A DNA stretch of 64,000 nucleotides from Macrostomum lignano (GCA_002269645.1 NIVC01001953.1:1-64000); one strand, 5' to 3'; shown: positions 13,648 through 26,568, counted from the first letter of the stretch. Made by a program: numbers and translations. Notes: generated by a model from the letters alone, not told the origin.

Positions 13648-13875
13648 GTCTACTATCCGCTATCTACTATCCGCTATCTACTATCCGCTATCTACTATCC
13701 GCTATCTACTATTCGCTATCTACTATCCGCTATCTACTATCCGCTATCTACTATCCGCTATCTACTATCCGCTATCTACTATCCGCCATCTACTATCTGC
13801 TATCTACTATCCGCTATCTACTATCCGCCATCTACTATCCGCTATCTACTATCTGTTATCTACCATCCGCTATCA
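13648..13875. repeat. 14-bp tandem repeat CTACTATCCGCTAT
   Basis: About 16 units. Confidence 0.93.
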
Positions 13876-14491
13876 ACCGCCGCATCCCACTGCTAAGTGG
13901 CCTTGTAAAGTTGTCCGCAACAAATTGTTATCTCATTCCAGATCTCAGCACTAAGTTTCTATTGATATTTTCTACTGTTAAAGTACGCGGCAAAAACAGA
14001 AAAGCTTTGGGGAAATATCCTTATTTGCAAACGCCAAGCTGACGCAGACGCAGACATTCCCAGCATCAATTCCCTTTTAGCCTCATCAAGCGAGCGTCAA
14101 CGGCAAACTCGTGCGGCTCTCTTGACACGTCGCGTCACCTGGCAGATTTCAAAGCGGAAAATTGAAAGAAGAAGACGTGGTGCTCTTTGACAGACAGCAT
14201 GGGGGGGATCGCCATAGAATCCCCGAATGTACTCCAGCATTCCAGATAAACTGGGACAGAATCTCAAACTCAAAGCCGCAAAAAATGTGTTCAATGCCCA
14301 CCCGCACTCACCGATTAGTGAAGAATCTTTAGAGCAGTCAGTGAATTTCTGCTTGATTTCTGCGTTGGTTTTTGCCTCAAGATTGACTTTTCTTTGCCAC
14401 TAAATGGCGGCTTCTTTTGGTACGGGCTGCTTATTGGCTATTGGCTGCCTTCTGGCTCGGCCAATGAGACAGTCTTCGGTTTCTGGGAGCT

Positions 14492-15140
<649 letters not shown>

Positions 15141-15671
15141 CGCACAAGCAAGTGACAACAGTTTCCGTGACAAGCAAACAAAGGCAACACGCGCAGCAGA
15201 AGAGCGCGGCACGGTGAGTCCAGAGCTGAATGGACTCACTGAAGCGGACTGTCAAGGCACGCGGGTCTCAGATCTGATTATCGCTGCAGCTTTTGACAGA
15301 GCCATGACGCAACCGCCATCTGACTCGGCGCAAGTGTCTCCCCCTCTGTGCCCCGCGGCAAAGCAGCAAAAAAGCGTCAAACTTCTGCAAGCCAGCTCAT
15401 TCCATGAAGGATGACTCAATCAGTGACATCATTGACTGTACAGCACTGTAATCCGTATTTTAGTCAATAATGACCGGGGTCGTTTGGACTGGGCTGTATA
15501 ATTACTTTTTCTCTGAAATTGTTAAGCTTTCAGGTTAGTAGGTCAGATGGCTGACATTTTTGACACACTCAGGTCAGAGAAACCCCCTGCTCAGAATTTA
15601 GATCGGTCAGTCTAAGGACTGAGCAGTGCGGAACCCTGGCTCTCGTAGTAACGCCTCTGATCCCCCACTCT

Positions 15672-15862
15672 TTTTTTTTATTAGAGGCAGGGGGGTTGTG
15701 TGCACCCTGGCGCACTTTAAGCGACATAGGCACACAACCGGCGAGAGGCATTGCTGCCCATTCCGCCGACTCCCCTGAGCAGGCATACAAGCGCGCGGAT
15801 ACGTACGCAGGCACACACTCACACAGGAGTGTACAGCGGCCCTAACTGAGGGGGAGTGTACA
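15672..15862 (-). mobile_element. PolyA-tailed SINE-like retroposed insertion with 13-bp target-site duplication
   Basis: GATCCCCCACTCT at 15659-15671 and 15863-15875. Minus strand ends CTCTAATAAAAAAAAA. Body matches the copies at 960-1080 and 11700-11785. Confidence 0.8.
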
Positions 15863-15934
15863 GATCCCCCACTCTTCCTGACTGTGAAATACCTGACCGG
15901 ATAGAGCCATAAAATATTTCTAAATTGTACTGAC

Positions 15935-16395
15935 TCTCATATCTCTCTATCACTCCTCTCCCGCTCATATTTCTTTATCTCACCTCTCCCTCTCATCTCT
16001 CTATCTTACCTCTCATATCTCTCTATCTTCCCTCTCCCTATCATATCTCTTTATCTCCCCCTCTCCCTCTCATATCTCTCTATCTCCCCTCTCCCTCTCA
16101 TATCTCTCTATCTCCCCTCTCCCTCTCATATCTCTCCATCTCCCCTCTCCCTCTCATATCTCTCCATCTCCCCTCTCCCTCTCATCTCTCTATCTCCCCT
16201 CTCCCTCACATATCTCTATCCCACCTCATAACTCTCTATATCCCTCTATCTCTCATATCTCTTTGTCCCCCCTCTCATCTCTCTATCTCCCCTCTCGAAC
16301 ACATATCTCAATCTCCCCCTCATATCTCTCCATCTCCCCTCTCCCACACATATCTCAATCTCCCCCTCATATCTCTCTATCTTCCCTCTCCCTCA
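15935..16395. repeat. ~28-bp pyrimidine-rich minisatellite (CTCATATCTCTCTATCTCCCCTCTCCCT)
   Basis: Related to the array at 21240-22510. Confidence 0.85.
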
Positions 16396-16863
16396 ACAAT
16401 TGAAAAATATCATTATTAACTAAGAGAATCTTCGGATTGACTTTATTCAATAGCTGATGCGGCTGAATGGTTTGAATTAACTCAACTTTCGCCACATCTT
16501 AATAATGTCTTTGACTAAGGTTGCATAAAATTTGGGATTTAGTTCGGTTTCGCATACCAGTTTCCTGTTCCTGTTAGAATATGCCGAAAAAATTACTAAG
16601 TGAACAATTTCCATTTGCAAAACTTCCAAGAGAACTTTGTGTCCAAAATAAAGCTACCCACATGGTTTCCATTTTACAATAACAAATTTCATAAAATTAA
16701 TTTTGCATTTAATTTCGTGTCTTGAAAATTAGTTTTTGTTGGTCTTCGTATTTAGTAATAACTAGCAATCTACGCCCCCCCGTTGGGGAGCCAAAGAAAT
16801 GCAATACACGTTTTTTAATAAGCTACATGTAGCCTTGAAATCTTAAAAAATCTCCTGTCAAAC

Positions 16864-17450
16864 TTCTAACCCTAACCCTAACCCTAACAAAAACCCTAAA
16901 TTCAATATTTTGTCCATGAGTTTTTGCATGATCGATGCTTCTATGATTTTTGGCATCACGCTTCCATTGTTTTTGCATGACGCTTCCATTATTTTTGCAT
17001 GATGCTTCCATGATAAACATTTTTAATAAGCTACATGAGCTAAGTTATAAGCTACCCTAACCCTAACCCTAACCCGAATCTTAACGCAATAACCCTGAAC
17101 CTAACCCTAAACCTAAACCATAATACCAACCCTAACACTAACCCTACACCTATACATACTATACCTACACCCTACACTTATACATAAATTTGTGAAGCGC
17201 TAGTAGTATTTTTTAGCTTAGTATCTTAGCGTTGGGAGCCAAAAATGCAGTACAAGTTTTGTAATAAACTACATGTAGCATCTCTTTACAATATACCTCA
17301 GAAGTCCCTTGTAAGCCTTGAAATGTCAGTAATTCCCCCCACAAGCTTTAACATACATGTATCAACTTCCCCCCTTGACATATCAGCGATGCCCCCAATA
17401 AGCCTTGAAATCTAAAAAAAATCTGTCAACCTTCTAACCCTAACCCTAGC
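16864..17450. repeat. Interstitial telomere-like (CCCTAA)n patches inside an internally duplicated repeat
   Basis: CTAACCCTAACCCTAACCCTAAC at ~16866, a degenerate run at 17054-17145 and another at ~17433. Flanking GGGAGCCAAA...CTACATGTAGC and AGCCTTGAAATCT blocks are duplicated. Confidence 0.75.
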
Positions 17451-17903
17451 CTAATTTGCACCTGTAAAATAATGAATAATAAATATTGATATAAGAAGTT
17501 TCACCTTAAATCCCAGAATATTGATCCGATTCGTGATCCGACAGCCTTCCTGCGCAGTGCTGACTCAGGTGAACATTTTCTTCTCTTTCATCCCCAAGGG
17601 TTTCGAATTCAGCAAGCTTCATCTTTTCGGTTGCGCCCTACGACGTTGCTTTATGAGACCCAACAGGAAGCAAGCCTGTTTTGTGTTTGAATTCGTGGAT
17701 TTCTGTTGATTTATAAAATCTGCAATTCTGATACTTTAATACTGGCACTAGTAGTCAGTTTAGAATTTTCCACATCAAAAGAGTTCAGTTTTAGAAGAGT
17801 CAAGATTCTACAAACTTGGGGATCATGGGTACGCTCGTATTGGTTGGGCGGGGAGACAGCCAGTATCATGAAGACCCATGAATTCTACCGCCGCCCAAAG
17901 GTC

Positions 17904-18053
17904 GCGGTACCAGTTCTGGACGGTGCACGTCGAAGGCGCAGAATTGCCCAGAGCTGCCTGCATCTCTTCATGGCACTGCTGCGTCGTGAGGCCGCGCTTG
18001 AAATTGTAGAAAATTATGGCGCGGATGTCGCGTCTCGACAGTTCGGCGGCCAT
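17904..18053 (-). pseudogene. Mariner transposase N-terminal helix-turn-helix fragment
   Basis: MAAELSRRDIRAIIFYNFKRGLTTQQCHEEMQAALGNSAPSTCTVQNWYR matches the mariner N-terminus and the local copy at 48685 (HFRAMIYYDFKSGL...APSRSTVFDWF). The catalytic domain is absent. Confidence 0.8.
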
Positions 18054-18741
18054 GGCTGGCCGGCGGCTGAAAACTGAGTTGCAATTGCAGATTGCACTGC
18101 TTCTCTTAAAGCTGAGCACTTGAATTTTTATATGCCCGTTAAAAACTTATGGGATTAAGGTTTGGTGAAATTTTAGGGCGCGGTATTGTGGGAAAGTGGT
18201 CGAACTCAAAAACTTTCGGGTGCCATCAAATGAATACAATGGTAGATATGTACGAGCGTACGTACACTGTACAAATCTAATCTAATTTTTCCCTCAAAGC
18301 CTCACGGCCTTACGGCCACAGCTCTTGTTACAGTGTCATCTCATTCAGTCGGTTCTTATCCTTTTTAATATTTATAACTACGCTCGTATATTCTCGGTTG
18401 AAGTTTTGCTAAAAAATGGCTGGAAATTGTCCGATTTTTTCTGGAGAAATCGGTCGAGCCATTCTGCAAAGCCAGTGCGGATCACATTTCAGTTGAAGAG
18501 TTGACTTTTTCAATGTCTAATCTAACGATGATTAACTACCGAGCAATTCAGTCAGCTACAGAAAATTCGCAGAAGCAAATTGTTGCACTTCCGGGAGTAC
18601 CCGATGCTGATCCCAGCCCAGCTTCCGGACTGACACGGCAGATGTAGTTGACTTCTTCCGCTCATTATCGCGCACCTGTCTTGTCTGAAAATTGCATTTA
18701 TAGAAGCGCATAGCGCCAGTTGAGCACTAGCTTCATCACAA

Positions 18742-18981
18742 TTGATTGTCAACCCTCTAACATCGATTAGAACTTCCTTCGTTAAACAATGTTCTCAACA
18801 AAAGCAATTCTCCGATGCGTTCATCAACGCCAACGACGCGTCGCCGATGATCGACCGGCAGCGCCAGTCCCTGGAAGACATGCGGAACTCCAAGCGGGCC
18901 GGCATTCTCGGCGGCATGCTGAAGCGTCACGCCAAGCGTCAAGGCGGCAACTTCCTCAACACCTACGGGATGCAGGGATAG
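18742..18981 (+). CDS. Neuropeptide-precursor-like terminal exon
   Basis: GC-rich from ~18810: ...MRNS-KR-AGILGGML-KR-HA-KR-QGGNFLNTYGMQ-G-stop. Three dibasic sites, N-terminal Gln and C-terminal Gly on the last peptide. No signal peptide in this ORF. Confidence 0.4.
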   Translation: MIVNPLTSIRTSFVKQCSQQKQFSDAFINANDASPMIDRQRQSLEDMRNSKRAGILGGMLKRHAKRQGGNFLNTYGMQG

Positions 18982-19271
18982 GCGCTCTTGATTGGTCAGG
19001 CTGACAGATGGATCGCTCTGCTATTTTTCATAACCATTAATACGCAATAAACGCAAACTTATTCTGACTAATATTATTACAAACACGAAAAATAAACTTT
19101 GCATAACTATCTATAAATCAGAGAAGATCTGCTTTTGTTACTTTGAATCTACATGTACGTACTCTTATATATTTGTCAAGTGTTGTTAAAAAAATACGAC
19201 ATTGTTCCCATCAAGAGTCAACAAATTACAATATAATGTATGGTTGAGCCAGCCAACTTCGACTCAACCGA

Positions 19272-19612
19272 ATGGACATCAGGGCGGTGACCATGGCACT
19301 CTCGGGCCATGAAGTTTTTGCTAAGCATCTGAATGGCCCATCTTTACTCAGGACAGGCTCACCCTACATGTACCTCGGCCCAAACCGGGACTTTTCGGAC
19401 GTTTTCAGGCCTGAGAATTTCTGCCAGCTCGTCCGCTACCTGCTACCGGGCGGAGGGGGACCGCGCTGCGGACACCGGCATCACCGGATCTCCTTGTGCG
19501 GCACCGCAGCACCAGCTGCCCGTGGTCGCCAGAGGTCAGCAGAATGAGCGGCGACGTCTCCTCGCTGTATCCGGATGCCCGGAGCCCCTGCAGCTAAAGT
19601 CAAGTACTTCAG
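19272..19612 (+). other. GC-rich exon-like fragment of an unknown protein
   Basis: Protein-like frame DIRAVTMALSGHEVFAKHLNGPSLLRTGSPYMYLGPNRDFSDVFRPENFCQLVRYLLP; possible frameshift in the G-run near 19455. Confidence 0.3.
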
Positions 19613-21239
19613 TAGTTAAACGTAGTTAAACATCACACTGCTAATTGTATTCAGCCAATACCTGCATATTGTATTGTATTATGCTTATCAAATATGATTT
19701 GCTTCAAAGGTTCAGAAAGTCACTATAAAATCCCTTGGGGTGATTGACTCTGCTTTTATTTGATAGTGCGCTACTAATAGTAGTGCCACCTACAAGCGTA
19801 AATACTTACGTAATTACGTTTTTTTAGAGTGATGATCTCTGTAGTGTTCGACTCTTTCTCGTCCAATGGAGGCCAAAAGTCCCAGTTAAATTCTGCAAGC
19901 GGTATGAGCTTGAGAACGCACCTATACAAGTGCTCAAGGGTCAACAGAATTCCACAAATTTTTGCTTCCTCTCGACTGGCCTTGCAAAATAATGTCAAAC
20001 AAGGTTAATCACGTGATGCTCTCCAAGGCTATGGCCATGGCAGTCTCACTCTGGCCATCAGGAGTTCTGACGTCACTGTACCGTTGCTAAAAATAGTGCT
20101 TTTTAGATAATCACGTGGAGATCGTGTGCAAAAATAAAGAAGTAGATGGGGACGAGTCAATTTAGGTAGGATGTGACATCACTCAGGGGAGTCAGGTAGA
20201 CTAAGGGTCAAACAGTAGCAAGCAAAACGGGTGGGCGAGCGAAAATGAAGAAATGGAGTGATGGAGTGAGTGAGTGATCACACAGCAAGGGCGAGCAAGT
20301 TTTGTCAGATGATTTTTCAGAACACTGTGAAGGGGTTGACTGCAACTGGGAGAGGGTCGTATGTAAAGATGAGAATAAATAATTGGCTGGGAATCTTACC
20401 GATTATTTAAGTGCTGTGGCGGCCAGACTACGCGACCGGCAGCACCAGTGCAGCCGCACTGGAAACCCCCCCCGCCAACCTCTGTCTGGCTGAGGTGGGG
20501 TGGTTGCGCACCGCGCTAGCCGGCTCGCTAAGCCAGGGGGGTTGGCGTAGCCAATCACGCCACGCCACCGGTTCGCACCTCCCTTGGCCCCTCAATAATC
20601 TCGCGCTGTTTATTATATAAATACACGCGCAATGCAGCGCAAAATCTTCGCTGCCAAACCATCTATGAAATTAAAAGGCCTTCCGCCTCAGTGCAGAAAT
20701 AATTAATAAAGACTTCATTCGCTATAGTACTACAAGAAATATAAGTTACCTTTATAATGTATTTCGTACTTTTTCAAATCAAAAAGCAAGGTTTTTTAAT
20801 AATGCGAAAACTTGTTTTCGATTATTCTTGTTGAAATGCGTTGAAATAAAACTTTTACTGTTTGTCTTTTCTGTCTGATTAAAACAAATGCTCAAAAATA
20901 ACTACATCATGCTCCCACGCTATTATTTTACTTTAGCTGCAGCTTCTTCGATAAAAATTCGTTTTGCAAGAGCTATAAATCTTTTTTGATATTAATCAAG
21001 ACCTTTTCTTTGATATTAATAAGCTGCCGAGTTACGAGCGTAGTAAGAGGTCAGATGGTTGACATTTTTGACACACTTAGCTCAGAGAACCATTGTGATG
21101 AGAACCATTACGCTCGTATGATTCGGTACAATAAAACTAATCAGTAACTATTGCGCTGTCTTTGTAAAAGTTTTTGTTCTCACTTTGCTATAGGGACACT
21201 AGTGATAGAAGCTGATTAATATCTAGCTAGTGATGCGGT

Positions 21240-22510
21240 CTCATGATATATCATCTCCCTCTCATATCTCTCTCCCACTCCTCTCCCCTCTCATATCTCT
21301 CCCACTCCTCTCCCTTCTCATATCTCTCCCACTCCTCTCCCCTCTCATATCTCTCCCACTCCTCTCCCTTCTCATATCTCTCCCACTCCTCTCCCCTCTC
21401 ATATCTCTCCCACTCCTCTCCCCTCTCATATCTCTCCCACTCCTCTCCCTTCTCATATCTCTCCCACTCCTCTCCCCTCTCATATCTCTCCCACTCCTCT
21501 CCCCTCTCATATCTCTCCCACTCCTCTCCCCTCTCATATCTCTCTTCCACTCCTCTCCCCTCTCATATCTCTCCCACTCCTCTCCCCTCTCATATCTCTC
21601 CCACTCCTCTCCCCTCTCATATCTCTCTTCCACTCCTCTCCCCTCTCATATCTCTCTTCCACTCCTCTCCCCTCTCATATCTCTCCCACTCCTCTCCCCT
21701 CTCATATCTCTCTCCCACTTCTCTCCCCTCTCATATCTCTTTCCCACTCCTCTCCCCTCTCATATCTCTCCCACTCCTCTCCTCTCTCATATCTCTCTCC
21801 CACTCCTCTCCCCTCTCATATCTCTCTCCCACTCCTCTCTCCTCTCATATCTCTCCCACTCTTCTCCCCTCTCATATCTCTCTCCCACTCTTCTCCCCTC
21901 TCATATCTCTCCCACTCTTCTCCCCTCTCATATCTCTCTCCCACTCCTCTCCCCTCTCATATCTCTTTCCCACTCCTCTCCCCTCTCATATCTCTCTCCC
22001 ACTTCTCTCCCCTCTCATATCTCTCCCACTCCTCTCCCCTCTCATATCTCTTTCCCACTCCTCTCCCCTCTCATATCTCTCTCCCACTCCTCTCCCCTCT
22101 CATATCTCTTTCCCACTCCTCTCCCCTCTCATATCTCTCCCACTCCTCTCCCCTCTCATATCTCTCTCCCACTTCTCTCCCCTCTCATATCTCTTTCCCA
22201 CTCCTCTCCCCTCTCATATCTCTCCCACTCCTCTCCTCTCTCATATCTCTCTCCCACTCCTCTCCCCTCTCATATCTCTCTCCCACTCCTCTCTCCTCTC
22301 ATATCTCTCCCACTCTTCTCCCCTCTCATATCTCTCTCCCACTCTTCTCCCCTCTCATATCTCTCCCACTCTTCTCCCCTCTCATATCTCTCCCCCACTC
22401 CTCTCCTCTCTCATATCTCTCTCCCACTCCTCTCCCTTCTCATATCTCTCTCCCACTCCTCTCTCTCTCTCCTCTCATATCTCTCTCCCACTCATCTCTT
22501 CTCTCATACC
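21240..22510. repeat. 27-bp pyrimidine-rich minisatellite (CTCATATCTCTCCCACTCCTCTCCCCT)
   Basis: About 45 units; source of the ISLPLLSPL ORFs. Confidence 0.93.
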
Positions 22511-22517
22511 TCTCGTA

Positions 22518-22868
22518 TCATGAAGACAGACTAGTAAAGACAGGCAGACAGTATCATGAAGACAGACTAGTAAGACAGGCAGACAGTATCATGAAGACAG
22601 ACTAGTAAAGACAGGCAGACAGCATCATGAAGACAGACTAGTAAGACAGGCAGACAGTATCATGAAGACAGACTAGTAAGACAGGCAGACAGTATCATGA
22701 AGACAGACTAGTAAGACAGGCAGACAGCATCACGAAGACAGACTAGTAAAGACAGGCAGACAGCATTATGAAGACAGACTAGTAAGACAGGCAGACAGCA
22801 TCACGAAGACAGACTAGTAAAGACAGGCAGACAGCATTATGAAGACAGACTAGTAAGACAGGCAGACA
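22518..22868. repeat. 35/36-bp tandem repeat GTATCATGAAGACAGACTAGTA(A)AGACAGGCAGACA
   Basis: About 10 units. Confidence 0.92.
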
Positions 22869-23414
22869 GACAGAATTTCGAGACAGACCGCGCAGTTAAA
22901 TGCATTCTGTCTCTAAGAACGAGAAATTCCAGCCACTAGCGAAATCGCTTCGACTCTGTCTGCTTCAGACGTACATATTGTCGAATCCTAGGGGGAACTT
23001 ACTCTGTACTGCTATATGGAATGGCCATTGCCCATTGGTCAGTACATCTATGCGCGTACTACTGTACTCGAATAATAGTAGTAATATGGGACCGTAAAAG
23101 AATTTGACCATCGTAAAGCGTATTGTTCCGTGTTAGGCAAGTACAGTGTACATTTCTAAACAAGTTTTTCCTCATGGTCTTAAGCTATAGTGAAGTCTTA
23201 TTCCTACTCCCTCCGCCAGGGATGACGATTTCAATTTCCTTGGTCTTTGTCTGTTCAGTGTTGTCTGGCACTGGCAGTGAACACTGACTTATAATACCAG
23301 TCTGAAAGAACAAGGAACTAGCTCTATACTTAATATCTGGGCATTGCAAACCAAACAGACTGCTATAGCGTATCAAATAAAATCTACAATTAGTTAAGGA
23401 AACTGCAATAAGTC

Positions 23415-24761
23415 ATGGGAAGCTCGCAATCGAAGCCGTCCGTCGTTTCTAAGGCCACCAGGCCGACAGCAAGCGTTATTATTCGGCTCGACGAAGAGAG
23501 ATTCCGCCTGGTCGAGTGCCTGAAGCCTCTCGTAACGCTTTCAATGGATGAGCTGATCCAGGATTTTAATAATAATACCAACATTTCCACCAAGCAGCAA
23601 TTTGTAATGTTCAAAAATCGACTGGTCGAAGTCGTGGAAACTGCCAAAAATATTTTTGACAAACTGGAGCAGTCCGAACAAATCAATTTACAACTGAAGA
23701 GCGGCTGCCCCAACGAGACAGTGCTGGCCGAGCTACTGAACAGTCAGCTGAAGATTTGTATCTGGCTTCTAGAAGACACAAACAGAAAGAAACTTACAGA
23801 AACTTTTCTTAACGCAAAGGAAGCGGGCGACGAGCTGCTTCAGTTTCTTGACACGTGGCTTAACTTTTTCCATTTCGGCATAGACACGCATGCTATACTT
23901 TGGAAGGATGCCGCACTCCAGGTTATGTCATCTGTGGATCAGTTTAACAGCTGCCTGGCGGATCTACCGAAGTTGACGGAAGAGGCTCGCTTGTGCGACT
24001 TTGAGAGCAAAGATGTGGCTGATTTGATCCAGTCGACATTTATGCTCGGCACGGCGACTGGATGGGACTGCGGAACGACGCAGCGCACTACAGGATGTGC
24101 TGATGACAGCAGCATTCAAACACTTTTGAGAACTGTGAGAACTTTATCAATTATACAGACCAGCAGTCATCAGCAATGGCAATGCCAAAAACTAACCGAA
24201 GAATGGAATCACGCGAGCGAATGGCTAAAATCATTTCCAAGCTTGAAAATCCATTCCGAAAGAGTAACAAGCTCCATTGTACAACTGGGTTCAGCATCTG
24301 TCACCGTTGGAAAATACAATCAGGAGGTCTGCAATCTGATGAAAGAATTCCAGAAAGCTCCAACGCCTGAGATTCAAAGAAAATTAAAAGATAAACTCGA
24401 ACTGCTCAAGAAACAGAGATGCGAATTGTGCCGCGAAGCCATTGCTTTGCGGGAAAATATAGAGAAAACGATCGAAGCAGTCGGAAAAATGCAACTTCGG
24501 GATTCTACAAACGATGAAGGCTTTACCAACCCTTTTAAATGGATTTGGTCGAAAATACGAAAACTCGTATGTCAAATGGTCACTAGGGAAGAGCCGGTTG
24601 TTGTCTGCGATAATTTGCTAAGATGCTTTCTCGAGCGGATAATAGAAAATACCGAAGAAGCTCGCACTGGCTTCGAGGGAGTCAACGAGTTGCATCGCAG
24701 CATCGCAACCGACAGAGGTTGTTACTATTCAGGTGGTGACTTGTACTTCGATGCGCACTAA
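23415..24761 (+). CDS. Uncharacterised intronless helical protein, paralog A (448 aa), N-myristoylation motif MGSSQSK
   Basis: Uninterrupted ATG-to-stop ORF. Highly similar to 34673-36016 and shares conserved blocks with 26642-27994. Confidence 0.88.
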   Translation: MGSSQSKPSVVSKATRPTASVIIRLDEERFRLVECLKPLVTLSMDELIQDFNNNTNISTKQQFVMFKNRLVEVVETAKNIFDKLEQSEQINLQLKSGCPNETVLAELLNSQLKICIWLLEDTNRKKLTETFLNAKEAGDELLQFLDTWLNFFHFGIDTHAILWKDAALQVMSSVDQFNSCLADLPKLTEEARLCDFESKDVADLIQSTFMLGTATGWDCGTTQRTTGCADDSSIQTLLRTVRTLSIIQTSSHQQWQCQKLTEEWNHASEWLKSFPSLKIHSERVTSSIVQLGSASVTVGKYNQEVCNLMKEFQKAPTPEIQRKLKDKLELLKKQRCELCREAIALRENIEKTIEAVGKMQLRDSTNDEGFTNPFKWIWSKIRKLVCQMVTREEPVVVCDNLLRCFLERIIENTEEARTGFEGVNELHRSIATDRGCYYSGGDLYFDAH

Positions 24762-26528
24762 CTGTCCTTGTCCGTCTGTTTTGAAGCCTGACTCGAACAC
24801 TTTTATTATTCTTAATTCTGTTTTGAAACCTTTTACGAGTATGTGTTTAAAGAACATGGTCCGTTTGGCTTTAGAAGTTCAACTTTTGCCACCTCTTAGT
24901 ATAGAGACAGAGGCACCCACCTGGTAGACCAAGACACCAGATATTGAAGCCCTTAAGGTTGCGGAAAGCCTCCTAATTCTCGACGGCTTTGGCGTGTCAC
25001 ACCAGAAATTTTAGAGAAACAGAAGTTTGGGTTTGATGAAACCAATTATATCATACTTCAATTACGACGTACCATTATAAATTAAAAATCAAGGTGTGTC
25101 ATATTTAACCTTTTTTAGATTATTGTTATTGTTCAAATGCGTTGAATTTGAAGTTGAAATGCTTTTCCGTCTTGTCCGATTAAAACAAATGCTCAAAAGT
25201 AGCTACACTATGCTCCCAGGCTATTATTACTTTTCATTTTACTTTAGCTGCAGCTTCTTCGATAAAAATTCGTTTTGCAAGTGCTACGCTTGTATAAGAA
25301 TATATCGAACCACTTCTAATCATCCTAATCAAACAGTAGTACTAATAAGTAGTAGTTATAATAAAATATTCTATCAAGATCACAAAGGTTCCTATTAAAA
25401 TTTTCACGATGATAGATAAAAAGACAACAGGTTCTGGATTGTGCTCGAAGGATGCACTCTGCGTTATTGACATGTCCGTGACCTCTTGTTGCAGTTCAGT
25501 CGGTTCTTAACCGTTTTGTCTGCAGCTCAACTTTCGGCTTAATTTTTTAGCTGAAAGCTTTCCCAATATTTCCTAAAAAAATCGGTCGTGCCATTCTGCA
25601 GCGAATCAATTACCAGCTAACGGGGTGATTTTTTTCTCAATTTCTACGATACTAAAAATGACAAATCGCCGGGTACACAGTTAGCTACAGAAAATTCACC
25701 CAATCGGTTTGTTGCACTTCCGAGCAGAGATGAAGCAAAAAAGTTTTTTGGGTGCAGATCCCAGCCCAGCTTCCAGACTGACACGGCAGATGTAGTTCAA
25801 AAAGTCACTATATAAAGTCCGCAGTCCTATTGGTTTATTAGTCAACAAAATTGAACCAAATGCATCGTTCATTTTTAGATATTTAGCTCGTAAATTGGGG
25901 CGATTGACTCTCCTGTTGTTTGATTATGTGCTACTAAAAGCAGTGCTGCTTACGAGCATCTTTTGCGATAATTGTTCCGGCTATTATCTCTGCAGTCTTC
26001 TAGGAGAGGCCAAAAAGGCCATACAGTTTAGATTCTTCAAGCGGTCATGTGTTTGTGAATTCATGTACAGAAATTGATTTGGGTTTTGTGTTTCAGGGGT
26101 CAGCTGCAGGTTAACTGTCGCCCTTTTAGCCCGCAACACACATGTCCCCCTGAAACCATGGATGTTCAGTTAAATCCTCGTTAATTTGTTCCTCGTGAGC
26201 ATTCATATTTTAAAAAATTGCTTTAAACTGACCATGTCACTGGTAAAGAACCTCGTACTGCATTTGATATGGCAGAATATTTTATCGAACTCCGCTGCGA
26301 TGCATATAAGCTCAGGATTGTTTGCGGGAGTTGATAGCAGAGCATACTCGTAATTCAGACTTGTAAAACACGCACAGAGATTTAGTTTTAGCCGTCAGTT
26401 TGTTTGGGTTAATTACTTTTATCGTAGCTAAGCTCGTAAATAACTATACACAGATCGCATTGTACTACCCATAGTAGTGATACTAATAAGATGTCAAAAC
26501 TTCTTATATGCTAAGGAAGCTAAAAAAG

Positions 26529-26568
26529 CCAATGCACATTAGATGAACACTCTTTGTACCTATAAATA
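26529..26568 (+). promoter_or_regulatory. CCAAT box plus TATA box upstream of paralog B
   Basis: CCAAT at 26529-26533 and TATAAATA at 26561-26568, ~75-80 nt before ATG 26642. AP-1-like TGAGTCA lies just downstream. Confidence 0.5.

Noticed and set aside
19340-19410. cGAS/Mab-21 nucleotidyltransferase motif in LLRTGSPYMYLGPNRDFSDVF
   Set aside because: GS is present but the acidic pair is DxxD rather than DxD, and the fragment is too short to support the call.
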